A DNA stretch of 64,000 nucleotides from Thermoplasmatota archaeon (lineage in GTDB: Archaea > Thermoplasmatota > Thermoplasmata > UBA10834): the NCBI GenBank assembly GCA_963818745.1, contig CAWFTI010000003.1, positions 77,212 through 141,211 on the forward strand, in the 5' to 3' direction. Positions 51,218 through 60,297 of this stretch are shown here, one piece after another. The notes under the pieces are model-generated. The model was not told the origin of the DNA. It saw only the letters and a list, made by a program, of their open reading frames with translations, and ran no database searches. The first letter of the stretch is position 1. Each line of letters begins with the position of its first letter. A program made the position numbers and the translations under genes.

Positions 51218-51345
51218 GCTTTTCGAACGGTTCATATAGCCGATGGCTTAACGTTACGAACCTCCATTATCGAAAATGATAACATTTATAAGTTCGGGGG
51301 GCGTTTCCTTGAATGTTATCCTCCCCCCTTTTTCTGTGATAACAC

Positions 51346-51375
51346 GGCCCCGTGTTCCGGGGCCGTTTCGTTTTT
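51346..51375 (+). terminator. Hairpin plus T-tract, candidate transcription terminator in the convergent ppsA/MFS intergenic region
   Basis: ggccccg-tgttc-cggggcc (7-bp GC stem) followed by gtttcgttttt. Confidence 0.45.
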
Positions 51376-51377
51376 GC

Positions 51378-52607
51378 CTAGAAAATCTTGAGCGTGCGCT
51401 GCTTCTTCGCCTTGGATGACTCGGCCTTCTCCTTGTCCAGCTCCCTGCCCCAGAGGACGAGCAGGTATATCGCGATCGGGGCGCTGCCGATCGCCAGCAC
51501 GAGCAGGCTCTCCCTGAGGCCCCAGAGCTCCCCGATGTATCCGGCCGAGACCTCGACGATGGTCAGGATGAACGTGAAGATGAATGTCGCGATGCCCATC
51601 ACGGTGCTCCTGTGGGCGGAGTCGACCCGCCTGTTGATGTAGTCGCCGATTATGGGTCCCTGCAGAACCGACACGGAGTAGATCAGGAACTGCATCATGA
51701 TCGCTGCGGGCGACTGAACGATGAACACGACTGCGAACGAGACGGCGAGGGCGAGGTACATCATCCAGAGCGACCCCTTCTCGCCGAGGGACGCCTCGAC
51801 GTTCGACGCGCGCCTCACGATCATCCCTCCGACGACCATGAACGCGGCGTAGAAGAGGCCGATCTCGAGGTAGTTCAGCTTCAGCTCCTCCTGCATGTAC
51901 ACCGACCTGAACACGGCCATGACGTAGATGCCGATCTCGAGGATTATCTGGAACAATATCAGGGTCAGGATGGGCCTCGAGGACGTGACCACCTTCAGCC
52001 CCTTCCTGAGATGCTTCCTGTATGTCTCCATCTCCTGGTGCTCGATCTTCGGCTCCTTGAGCGCCAGGGCGGCGAAGGACCCCGTGAACCCTATGACCGA
52101 CGCGATGATCAGCGTGTACTCAGGGTGGTCGGTGGTCTGAACGAGGTATCCGCCGACGACGCACGCGACCGCGTTGGTCATCAGCATCAGGGCGTTGGCG
52201 GTGCCCATGACCTTGGTGAAGTCCTTGCCCCGCTTGAGCTCGAGCAGCGTGTCGTACACGAACGGGGTGTCCCCGCTCACTATGAAGCAGACCCCCAGGG
52301 CCCAGATGACGTTCGACGCGAGGAACTGGGGGAACCCGGTGCTGAGGCCGAAGGCCAGCAGCCCGACCGCGTACATGAGCTCGCCGATCAGGAGCATCGT
52401 CCTGCGGCCGTACCTGTCGCCCAGGAGCCCCGCGGGTATCTGGAACAGGATCATGGTGATCCAGAACGCCGTGTCGACGACGGTCATCAGGAAGACGTCG
52501 TCCAGGTTCTTGTAGACCCAGAGGGTCCAGAACGGCATCCAGAGAGCGAACGAGGTGACCATCCTGAAGATGTAGAACCTTCTGATCCTCTGGGTCCCCT
52601 CGTCCAT
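51378..52607 (-). CDS. MFS transporter
   Basis: 409 aa, 12 TM helices, GDRYGRR motif between TM2 and TM3. Confidence 0.8.
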   Translation of the reverse strand: MDEGTQRIRRFYIFRMVTSFALWMPFWTLWVYKNLDDVFLMTVVDTAFWITMILFQIPAGLLGDRYGRRTMLLIGELMYAVGLLAFGLSTGFPQFLASNVIWALGVCFIVSGDTPFVYDTLLELKRGKDFTKVMGTANALMLMTNAVACVVGGYLVQTTDHPEYTLIIASVIGFTGSFAALALKEPKIEHQEMETYRKHLRKGLKVVTSSRPILTLILFQIILEIGIYVMAVFRSVYMQEELKLNYLEIGLFYAAFMVVGGMIVRRASNVEASLGEKGSLWMMYLALAVSFAVVFIVQSPAAIMMQFLIYSVSVLQGPIIGDYINRRVDSAHRSTVMGIATFIFTFILTIVEVSAGYIGELWGLRESLLVLAIGSAPIAIYLLVLWGRELDKEKAESSKAKKQRTLKIF

Positions 52608-52717
52608 GCGTGCCGTATCGCAGAGCTGCTAATAAATCACACTGAGCTGAGCTCGCGGTCGCGAGAGAGAAAAAGATGTCAGGAGGATGGGCCTGGCCCA
52701 TCGCTCCTTCTGTGGTT

Positions 52718-53936
52718 TCAGAGTTTCTTCTCGATGCAGTTCATGCCGTACTTCGGCAGCATCTTCACGAACGGGCCGGGTCCATCATCTCCGGCGGGAA
52801 CACGCCCTTCTGCGTGATCTTGCCCTGCGCGAAGAGCATCGCGGCGATGGCGAGAGGCGTCCCGACGGACTACGCGGTCGCGCTGTTGTGCCGTACTTCT
52901 CGTAGGTCTTCTTGTGGTCGAGCGAGGTCCAGATGCCGTACCCGATCTTCTTGCCGTCCTTCTCTCCCTGTCACGATGGCGCCGATCGCGCACTGCGCCC
53001 TTCGACAGGTGGCCGAGCGTGGACGGGTCTGGCAGCACCGCGTCGACGACATCCCTCGGGAGCGACCTTCGCGCCCTTGCACCTTGATCTTGTTCGGGTG
53101 TCGAGAGCCCGAGCTTGCCGATCATCTTGATCGCGTCGACGTACTCGTCTCCGAGCGCGATCTTGAAGTCGCAGTAGTCGCAGCCCTTGCCGAGCACCTT
53201 CCCGATGTAACGTCGGGCAGGGTCTCCGCTCCTCGTGGTCGACGTTGTAGATCGGTATCTTGCCCACGCCGTCAGGGAAGTCGAAGTCCTCCTTGTTCTC
53301 GAACGAGCCGTACTTCCTGTAGTGCCCGTCGTCGTAGTATGTCGCCGGCATCAGGACCTCCTCGATGAGGGTCTCGGGGGACCACAGCGGCGCGAACTCG
53401 TACCCTTCGACATAGCCGTTGTCGCCGTCCCTGATGAGTATCTCCTTGACTCTGTCCATCCTGTCCGCGCCCTTCCTGGCGAACAGGTTCGAGAGGCCGG
53501 GGTCGCACCCGATGCCCAGCATGCCGGTCAGTCCCAGCTTCTTCCAGGCCTTGTCCTTCTTCAGGTACAGGAACGACGGCGGAGTCTGGCTTGATCACCT
53601 CTGCCCGGCCGGCGTCTTGTCGAGCGCGATGTCCCAGGCGGTGTCCAGGTAGTTCACCTTCGCCTTCTCGCACGCCTCCATGATGGCGAAGTTGAACCTC
53701 GGTATCGCGAGGTTGCAGACGAGGTCCAGCCCTTGAACGCCTTCGTCATGCGCCGGCACGTCGGATGCGTCGAGCTTCTTGACGGTCACCTTGTCGCTCG
53801 AGATCTTCTTCTGCAGTCCTCTTGCCCTTCTCGGGGTTCCTCGCCCCGAGGACGACCTTGTCGAACTCCTCGGAGTGGGCGAGCACGTCGGTCACAACGA
53901 TCCGATTGCACCAACCCCCAGAACCATAGCCTTCAT
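52718..53936 (-). pseudogene. Saccharopine dehydrogenase-family NAD(P) oxidoreductase, copy 1, at least 10 frame changes
   Basis: The start MKAMVLGVGAIG (ATG 53936) hits a stop after 14 codons. The rest (VVTDVLAHSEEFDKVVL..., KVTVKKLDASDV, AIPRFNFAIMEACEKAKVNYLDTAWD, MLGIGCDPGLSNLFAR...IPIYNVDHEE, GKGCDYCDFKIALGDEYVDAIKMIGKLGL, ...FVKMLPKYGMNCIEKKL) is spread over all three frames. Confidence 0.75.
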
Positions 53937-54085
53937 TCTTTCAGGTACCTCCTAAGTCCCGGTAGTTAGACCAGGATCCCCCCACCGACGAACGGTTAGC
54001 GGCTAGATAAACCTCTCGCGTCCGCTGACTGGATGTGCTCTCGTGAACGGGGTTTTCTGGTGGCTGGCCGACACGTGCGCCGAGG

Positions 54086-55304
54086 TCAGTAGTGCCTCTG
54101 CTCGAGAGTGTGCACGGGCATGCCGTGCTTCTTGAGCATCGCGGGCCACGGCTCAGGGTCGAGCATCTCCGGCGGGAACACTCCCTTCTGCTGGATCCTG
54201 CCCTGAGCGAACAGTATCGCCCCTATGGCGAACGGCACTCCGACGGAGTATCCGGTAGCGCTGTGCCCGTACTTCTTGAAGGTCTGCTCGTGGTTGAGCT
54301 GGGTCCAGATGAAGTAGTTGACCTCGTGGTCGTCCTTCAGCCCCTTCGTGAGGGTGCCTATGGCGCAGTCGCCCTTCGCGCGCTCGCCGAGCGTCGACGG
54401 GTCCGGGAGGCACGCGGCGACGACATCCCTCGGCGCCACCTTCGCCCCTTTCACCTCTATCTTGTTGGGGTTCGACGAGCCCGAGCATGCCTATCATCTG
54501 GATGGCCTCGACGTACGCGTCGTCCAGCGCTATCTTGAAGTCGCAGTAGTCGCACCCCTTGCCCAGGACCTCGCCGATGAATGTGGGCAGGGTCTCGGAC
54601 TCCTCGTGGTCGACGTTGTATATCGGCAGCCTGCCGACGGGGTCGGGAACTCGAACAGCTCCCTGCCGCTGAAGGGCGCGAGCTTCCTGTACTGGCCGTT
54701 GGTGTAGTATGTCGCTGGCATCAGGACCTCCTCGATCAAGCGTCTCCGGGGACCACAGGGGGGCGAACTTGTGCCCTTCGACCTGGCCGTTGTCCCCGTC
54801 CCTGACGAGGATCTCCTTCACCCGGTCCAGCCTGTCGGCGGCCATCCTCGCGAATATGTTGGACAGTCCCGGGTCGCACCCGAGGCCGATCATCGCGGTG
54901 AGGCCCGCCTTCTTGAACTCCGCGTCCTTCTTCAGCTGGTTCCACGCGGGCGTCTCCTTGATGACCCGTCCTGGCTTCGTGGTGTCGCGGGGCGACGTCC
55001 CAGGCCATGTCCGAGTAGCTGGCCCCTGCCCTCAGGCAGGCGTCCATTATGCCAAGGTTGAACCTCGGTATGACAGCGTTCAGGACGAGGTCGATGCCCT
55101 TGAAGGCCTTCGTCATGTCGTCGACGTCCGAAGCGTCGACCCTCTTGACGGTCACCTTGTCGTTGGAGATCTTCTTCTCGGCCCTCTTCGCACGTCTCCA
55201 GGTTCACATCCGCGAGAATGACCTGTGTCGTACTCCTCGGAGTTCGCCAGCACCTCTGCCGTGACGGAACCCACCGCTCCTACTCCCAGGACCATGGTCT
55301 TCAT
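54086..55304 (-). pseudogene. Saccharopine dehydrogenase-family NAD(P) oxidoreductase, copy 2, at least 6 frame changes
   Basis: MKTMVLGVGAVGSVTAEVLANSEEYDT / VILADVNLETCE / KRAEKKISNDKVTVKRVDASDVDDMTKAFKGIDLVLNAVIPRFNLGIMDACLRAGASYSDMAWDV / ...MIGLGCDPGLSNIFAR...WSPETL / IEEVLMPATYYTNGQYRKL... / PDPVGRLPIYNVDHEESETLPTFIGEVLGKGCDYCDFKIAL... / KGAKVAPRDVVAACLPDPSTLG...HTLEQRHY. I traced these pieces across frames (five +1 steps and one -1 step). Confidence 0.75.
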
Positions 55305-55486
55305 TATTTCACGTACAACCCCGGAGGCCAGACGCTCCCCCTGGCCCCCGACGGATAGCCGATAGCCTCTGCCTTATTTAAGCCTCGCGGGTTTTTTTCG
55401 AAGGGGGTATTAAGTCCTTTCAATAGGCGGCAAGTTCGTTCGAAAATCGGAGCGAGATGTGGAAGTCGCGTTCGGAAGCCGCGGCT

Positions 55487-57399
55487 CTATGCCCTGACTC
55501 CCGCGCCGACGCTCGGGAACCTCAGCCCTTCCCTGTGCGGGAGGAACATCGCCTGGGCGAACTCCTTCTGGAAGTCCTTGTCCGAGGCGAGCTCGACGTA
55601 CTCCACCTTCCTGGACAGCTCGTCTGCCAGGTCCCTCATCCTGACCGACTTGAGGGCCAGCCTCGCGCCGGAGCCAGCAGCGTTGCCTATGAACTTGATC
55701 CTGTCCAGCGGACACGTCCGGATACATCCCGATGGTGATGGCGGCGGATGCGTCGACATAGGTCCCGAACGCCCCTGCCGCGTAGACGTCCGCTTGATGT
55801 CCGAAGCACTTCGCCTTCAGATGGCTCATGAGTATCGAGACGCCGGTGTATATCGCGGCCTTCGCGAGCTGGATCTCCTCTATGTCCTTCTGCGCTATCG
55901 TGATGTCGGCCCCTCTCTCGGCCTCCTTGCCCTCGACCAGGACGAACTCGAGGCCCCTGCTGAGCCTTCCTGCACTCTGCGGTCTGCCGTCCGTCGGGCC
56001 GTATCTTGCCAGCGTGGTCGAGCAGGCCCGCCCTGAACATCTCAGATACGGCATCGACTATGCCCGAGCCGCATATCCCCCGCGGCTTCGCGTCGTCGAC
56101 GGTCCTGACGCTTCACCTCTCCGGTCTCAGAGTCTATCCATACGCGCTCGATCGCGCCCGTGGCCGCGCGCATGCCGAAGCGTGATGTGCGCGCCCTCGA
56201 ACGCGGGTCCTGAGGCGCACGAGCAGCTGATGAGCCGGTCCTTCGTCCCCGCGATGATCTCGGTGTTGGTGCCTATGTCTATCATCATCCCGAGGCCCTT
56301 GTCCTTGTACAGCCCGCTCGAGATGAGGTCCGCGACCGCGTCCGCACCGACGAACCCCGCTATGTTCGGGAGCGAGGAGACCTTCCCGAACGGGTAGATG
56401 TCGAGCGCCGAGATGCGCTCGGGTCCCATCACCAGAGGCGCCCTGACAACTGGAGCGTAGGGCGCAGCGGCCACGTGCTGGGCGGGTATGCCGAAGAAGA
56501 TGTGGTGCATGGCGGTGTTCCCCACGACCATGACCTCGAGCATGTCCTCGGGTTCGATCCCCTCGGTCCTAGCACAGTCTTCGCGATGAGCTCGTTCAGT
56601 CCTCCGATCACGGACCTTCTGGAGCCTCCTCGCCGCCATCCTTCTCCTTGATCGTGTACGATATCCTGGACATCAGGTCCTCGCCGTAGGGTATCTGAGG
56701 GTTCGGCATGCTCTCGGTCGTCGACGGTCTCGCCCGTGCGCAGGTCGATCAGGTACGCGACCACCTTGGTCGTGCCGATGTCGACGGCGACTCCGAAGAG
56801 CTCTTCCGATGTGTCTCCAGGCTCTATCTTCATGAGCTCCTCGTCCCTGAAGAGCGTGACCGTGGTCTCCCAGGCCTGCTCCCTGAGCGCCCGCTGGTAC
56901 GTGCCCGTGTATCTCGGGCGTGATGACGGCCCTGACCTTGGCCTTCTTGTAGAGCATCTCGAGCAGCCTGTCGTCGTCCGCCCTGAGGTCCTTGAGCGTC
57001 GCCGGAGGCAGCCGGAGCACGATACTTGCTGGACCGCAGGCTCGAGCTTCACTCCGGCTCCACCCCGGATGCCAGGAGCCTGTGATGCCCCCTCATGCTC
57101 TCCTCTGGTATCTCGACGACGATGTTCCGCCGGCTCCTTACCTTCACCTGACACGCGAGTCTCTTGCCCTCCGCGAGCTCCGCCCTGTCGAGGAACTTGA
57201 GCTCACTGACCGTAGGTGGCGGAGAGGAGCGTGTGCCCGGACGCTATGACGACCTTGCACTTGCCGCACTTGCCAGCGGAGGAGCAGATGGATTCGATCG
57301 GACACGCCAGCGTCCCTTGCGAGTTCGAGCAGACTGGCGCCCTCTCCGGACTGCTGTCTTGCGCCCGAGAGGCTGGAAGTGAACGATCCGCTCCGCCAT
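55487..57399 (-). pseudogene. RACo/RamA-like corrinoid reductive-activation protein ([2Fe-2S] ferredoxin domain + ASKHA ATPase/DUF4445), many frame changes
   Basis: ATG 57399: MAERIVHFQPLGRKTAV..; then GEGASLLELARDAGV; IESICSSAGKCGKCKVVIASG; LACQVKV; FGVAVDIGTTKVVAYLIDLRTGE; VVGNTAMHHIFFGIP; NIAGFVGADAVADLISSG...MMIDIGTNTEII; SCASGPAFEGAHI; IKFIGNAAGSGARLAL...EFAQAMFLPH. The pieces lie in different frames, with at least six switches. Confidence 0.7.
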
Positions 57400-57441
57400 C
57401 TGCTGGAACCCTGGATGACCCGATGGCTCACGGCCTAATTG

Positions 57442-58476
57442 TTACTTCCTCCGGCGCGCGCGTCCGCGGTTCTCTTCACCGATGTCCTTCCTGTAGAACG
57501 CGAAGTGCTCGATGGTCTCGTATCCCATCTTCGTGTAGAGCTTGAGCGCCTTGGAGGGGTTGTTCACATCCACCATGAGCATCGCACCCTCCATCTCGGC
57601 CTCCCTCAGCACGATGAGGCTCCTCGAGATGAGCGCGCTCGCGATCCCCTTCCTCCTCCACGGCTTCCTGACGAATATCCTCTCGGTCCGGCACCACCTC
57701 TTGCCGAACGCTTCGACGTCGTGCGGGTCGAGGAAGTTGTGCACGCCCCCGACCACCTCGTCGCCGTCCCACGCTATCTGCCACATGTGAGGGGAGAACG
57801 TGTCGGCCTTCATGTGGTCCCTGAAGGCGCTCTCGGTCCAGGCCTGGTCGCTGAAGTTTGGCTCCTCCCTGAGCGCCTCCTTCGAGGCGTTCCATATCTT
57901 CCGATAGTGCTCGGGCTCCACCCTCCTGACCTCTATCCCCGGAGGCAGCGGAAGGGGTCTGGCCTCTTCGAGATGCGTGTTGAGCATGTTCAGCATGTGC
58001 GACTCGGCGGTGTATCCCCTGCTCTCCAGCAGGCTCTTCCACTCGTTCTCATCCAAGCTGGCCCACGCGTCGAGGTACTTCCTGGGAGCGGAATGTCTCT
58101 TCGCCAGCCCTCGGGCGCGGTCCTCTGCGAGATCGAGCAGCGCCTCCCTGAGCCCCGTGCCCCTCCACTCGGGCACGACCTGGGACTGGAGCGAGTACTC
58201 CCGCGCCCCGTCGGGCTTGGTCCTCCAGGTGATGTAGCTGCATCCTATCATCCTCCCCTTGACCTCCGCGATGAAGAAGCACCTCTTCGGGTCGAAGCCC
58301 TTCATCCTGTGGTAGTATAGTTTCACGTCCTTCGGCGTCTGGCTCCATTTGACGTGGTCCGCCTTCCAGCTGGCGTTCATGACCCTGGAGATCTCGGCGT
58401 AGTCCTTCGAACTCCTGAAGCTCCTGAACTCGACGCCCTCCAAGCGAGTGGCCTTCATCCTTCCGCTCTTCGCCAT
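57442..58476 (-). CDS. GNAT-family N-acetyltransferase with two acetyltransferase-like halves (MshD-like architecture)
   Basis: C-terminal half FVRKPWRRKGIASALISRSL (acetyl-CoA motif A). I prefer the ATG at 58476 (MAKSGRMKATRLEGVEF), with TATA-like tatttatat at 58513-58521 upstream. Confidence 0.7.
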   Translation of the reverse strand: MAKSGRMKATRLEGVEFRSFRSSKDYAEISRVMNASWKADHVKWSQTPKDVKLYYHRMKGFDPKRCFFIAEVKGRMIGCSYITWRTKPDGAREYSLQSQVVPEWRGTGLREALLDLAEDRARGLAKRHSAPRKYLDAWASLDENEWKSLLESRGYTAESHMLNMLNTHLEEARPLPLPPGIEVRRVEPEHYRKIWNASKEALREEPNFSDQAWTESAFRDHMKADTFSPHMWQIAWDGDEVVGGVHNFLDPHDVEAFGKRWCRTERIFVRKPWRRKGIASALISRSLIVLREAEMEGAMLMVDVNNPSKALKLYTKMGYETIEHFAFYRKDIGEENRGRARRRK

Positions 58477-58650
58477 GTTTCCCGCACCTGGCCCACGGAC
58501 GGGCGGCCCTGGATATAAATACCGCGAACGCTTTGGCGGCGCCTGGGGAATCGGATTTGAGCCTGGCTCTCCGTCAGGCGGGCTTTTACGACCAGCAAGC
58601 ATTTTATACCCCTAGCCGTTACCAACTCTGCTCTTTTCATCGGAAAGGGC

Positions 58651-58697
58651 CTGTGAATGATGACGGTGCTCACGCACCTGAAGGAGGTATCAGTTTG
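58651..58697 (+). promoter_or_regulatory. Box C/D-like (K-turn candidate) element abutting the Shine-Dalgarno sequence in the rpl7ae leader
   Basis: AUGAUGA (58657-58663), hairpin GGUGC-UCAC-GCACC (58665-58678), CUGA (58678-58681), GGAGGU (58683-58688), TTG start at 58695. TATA-like ttttata at 58602-58608. Confidence 0.4.
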
Positions 58698-59066
58698 CCG
58701 AAAGCAGTCTATGTCAAGTTTGAGACGCCGAAGGAACTAGTGGACAAGACCTACGAGGTCGTCGAGCTCGCCCGCGACGGCGGCAAGCTCAGGAAGGGCA
58801 CGAACGAGGTCACGAAGCTCGTCGAGAGGGGCGAGACCCTCATGGTCGTCATGGCCGAGGATGTCTCCCCGCCCGAGATCCTGATGCACATGCCCGGGCT
58901 GTGCGACGAGAAGAACGTCCCGTACGCCTTCGTCCCGAGCAAGGCCGAGCTGGGGAACGCCTGCGGCCTGGAGAAGCCGACCGCGGCCATCGCGATACTG
59001 GACGCAGCGAAGGGCAAGCCCGCGCTGGACGACCTGGCCGAGAAGATCAAGGCGCTCAAGAAGTAG
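58695..59066 (+). CDS. rpl7ae: Ribosomal protein L7Ae (also a box C/D and H/ACA RNP component)
   Basis: (M)[46 protein letters not shown]...[29 protein letters not shown]. The TTG start has GGAGGT 6 nt upstream. The longer ORF from 58533 has no L7Ae-like N-terminal sequence. Confidence 0.85.
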   Translation: MPKAVYVKFETPKELVDKTYEVVELARDGGKLRKGTNEVTKLVERGETLMVVMAEDVSPPEILMHMPGLCDEKNVPYAFVPSKAELGNACGLEKPTAAIAILDAAKGKPALDDLAEKIKALKK

Positions 59067-59076
59067 GTGGCTCAAG

Positions 59077-59289
59077 ATGCCAGAAGATGACAGCATTCCA
59101 GCAACCGTCGTCGAGATCATAGGCAGGACCGGCATGACAGGGGAGGCTACCCAGGTCAAGGTCAGGGTCCTGGACGGCAGGGACAAGGGCAGGATCATCA
59201 CGAGGAACGCGATGGGCCCGATCCGCGTCGGCGACGTGCTGATGTTGAAGGAGACTTCGAGAGAGGCGAAGAAGCTCAGCGTCCGCTGA
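59077..59289 (+). CDS. rps28e: Ribosomal protein S28e
   Basis: [50 protein letters not shown]. Confidence 0.9.
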   Translation: MPEDDSIPATVVEIIGRTGMTGEATQVKVRVLDGRDKGRIITRNAMGPIRVGDVLMLKETSREAKKLSVR

Positions 59290-59314
59290 GCTCTCGTCCG
59301 AGAGGTGATGTTGA

Positions 59315-59755
59315 ATGGTCGAGCGAAGGGTCTGCACGTTCTGCGGCGACGAGATAGAGCCGGGGACGGGCAAGATGTACATCAAGAAGGACGGGGTCGT
59401 CTACCACTTCTGCAAGTCCAAGTGCTTCAAGAACATGATCGATCTCCGCAGGGTGCCGAGGAGGACGACCTGGACGAGCTACCACGAGCGCGAGAAGGCG
59501 ACCCGTATGAAGGGCCTGCCGGTCGCGCCCGAGGCCACGAAGGCCAGGAAGGTCAAGAAGTCCGAGGAGGCGGCGGAGCCGGAGGCGTCCAAGGAGGAGG
59601 CCGAGGGGACCAAGAAGGCCGAGCCCAAGGGGCCCGAGAAGGAGAAGCCCGCGCCCAAGGCAGAGAAGAAGCCGGAGCCGAAGCCCGCGAAGAAGGCCGA
59701 GGCCCCCAAGAAGGACAAGCCCAAGGCATCCGCGTCGGAAGGTGCCTCAGGATGA
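59315..59755 (+). CDS. rpl24e: Ribosomal protein L24e with a long Lys/Glu/Pro/Ala-rich C-terminal extension
   Basis: Zinc-ribbon core [37 protein letters not shown], followed by a low-complexity tail of about 80 aa. Confidence 0.85.
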   Translation: MVERRVCTFCGDEIEPGTGKMYIKKDGVVYHFCKSKCFKNMIDLRRVPRRTTWTSYHEREKATRMKGLPVAPEATKARKVKKSEEAAEPEASKEEAEGTKKAEPKGPEKEKPAPKAEKKPEPKPAKKAEAPKKDKPKASASEGASG

Positions 59756-60207
59756 TTGAGAAGACTTTCGTGATGGTGAAGCCGGACGGGGTCCAGAGGG
59801 GCCTCGTCGGCAGGATCGTCCAGAGGTTCGAGGACCGCGGGCTCAAGGTCTGCGCCATGAAGATGATGCGGATACCGAAGGAGCTCGCGGAGAGGCACTA
59901 CGAGGAGCACAAGGGCAAGGGCTTCTACGATCCCCTGCTCTCGTACATAACCTCGGGCCCGGTCGTCTGCATGGTGCTCGAGGGCGAGAACGCCGTCGCG
60001 GCCGCGCGGTCGATGATGGGCAAGACGAACCCTCAGGATGCGGCTCCGGGGACCATCAGGGGGGACTTCTCCCAGGTCACCGGCAGGAACATCGTGCACG
60101 GGTCCGACTCGTCGGAGAGCGCCAAGCGCGAGATCAAGCTGTTCTTCAACGACTATGAGATACAGAAGTACGACCAGGCCGACGAGGCTTGGCTGTTCGA
60201 GAAGTGA
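59752..60207 (+). CDS. ndk: Nucleoside diphosphate kinase
   Basis: [20 protein letters not shown] and the active-site NIVHGSDS. The ATG overlaps the L24e stop (ATGA). Confidence 0.9.
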   Translation: MIEKTFVMVKPDGVQRGLVGRIVQRFEDRGLKVCAMKMMRIPKELAERHYEEHKGKGFYDPLLSYITSGPVVCMVLEGENAVAAARSMMGKTNPQDAAPGTIRGDFSQVTGRNIVHGSDSSESAKREIKLFFNDYEIQKYDQADEAWLFEK

Positions 60208-60297
60208 AACCGTTCCACAAACTCCTTCAGAGAATCATTTTTCCATCCACCCGCAGACCGGGTTAAATTGATATACCGTCCCTTCCTTGGTGACGCC

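Larger units (their letters stand above)
52718..55304 (-). repeat. Tandem paralogous duplication of the two saccharopine dehydrogenase-family genes (diverged, roughly 70% protein identity over the pieces I compared by eye)
   Basis: Collinear similarity between the two copies at protein and nucleotide level (for example GCDPGLSN.FAR, FAPLWSPETLIEEVLMPATYY, IPIYNVDHEE, GKGCDYCDFKIAL). Confidence 0.7.

Noticed and set aside
55410-57431. In-frame TAG/TGA codons in the RamA/RACo-like gene as pyrrolysine or selenocysteine recoding, prompted by the methyl-corrinoid context.
   Set aside because: The stops all arise immediately after frame switches, and the homologous sequence continues in another frame. 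No PYLIS/SECIS-like context or Pyl-type methyltransferase gene is present.
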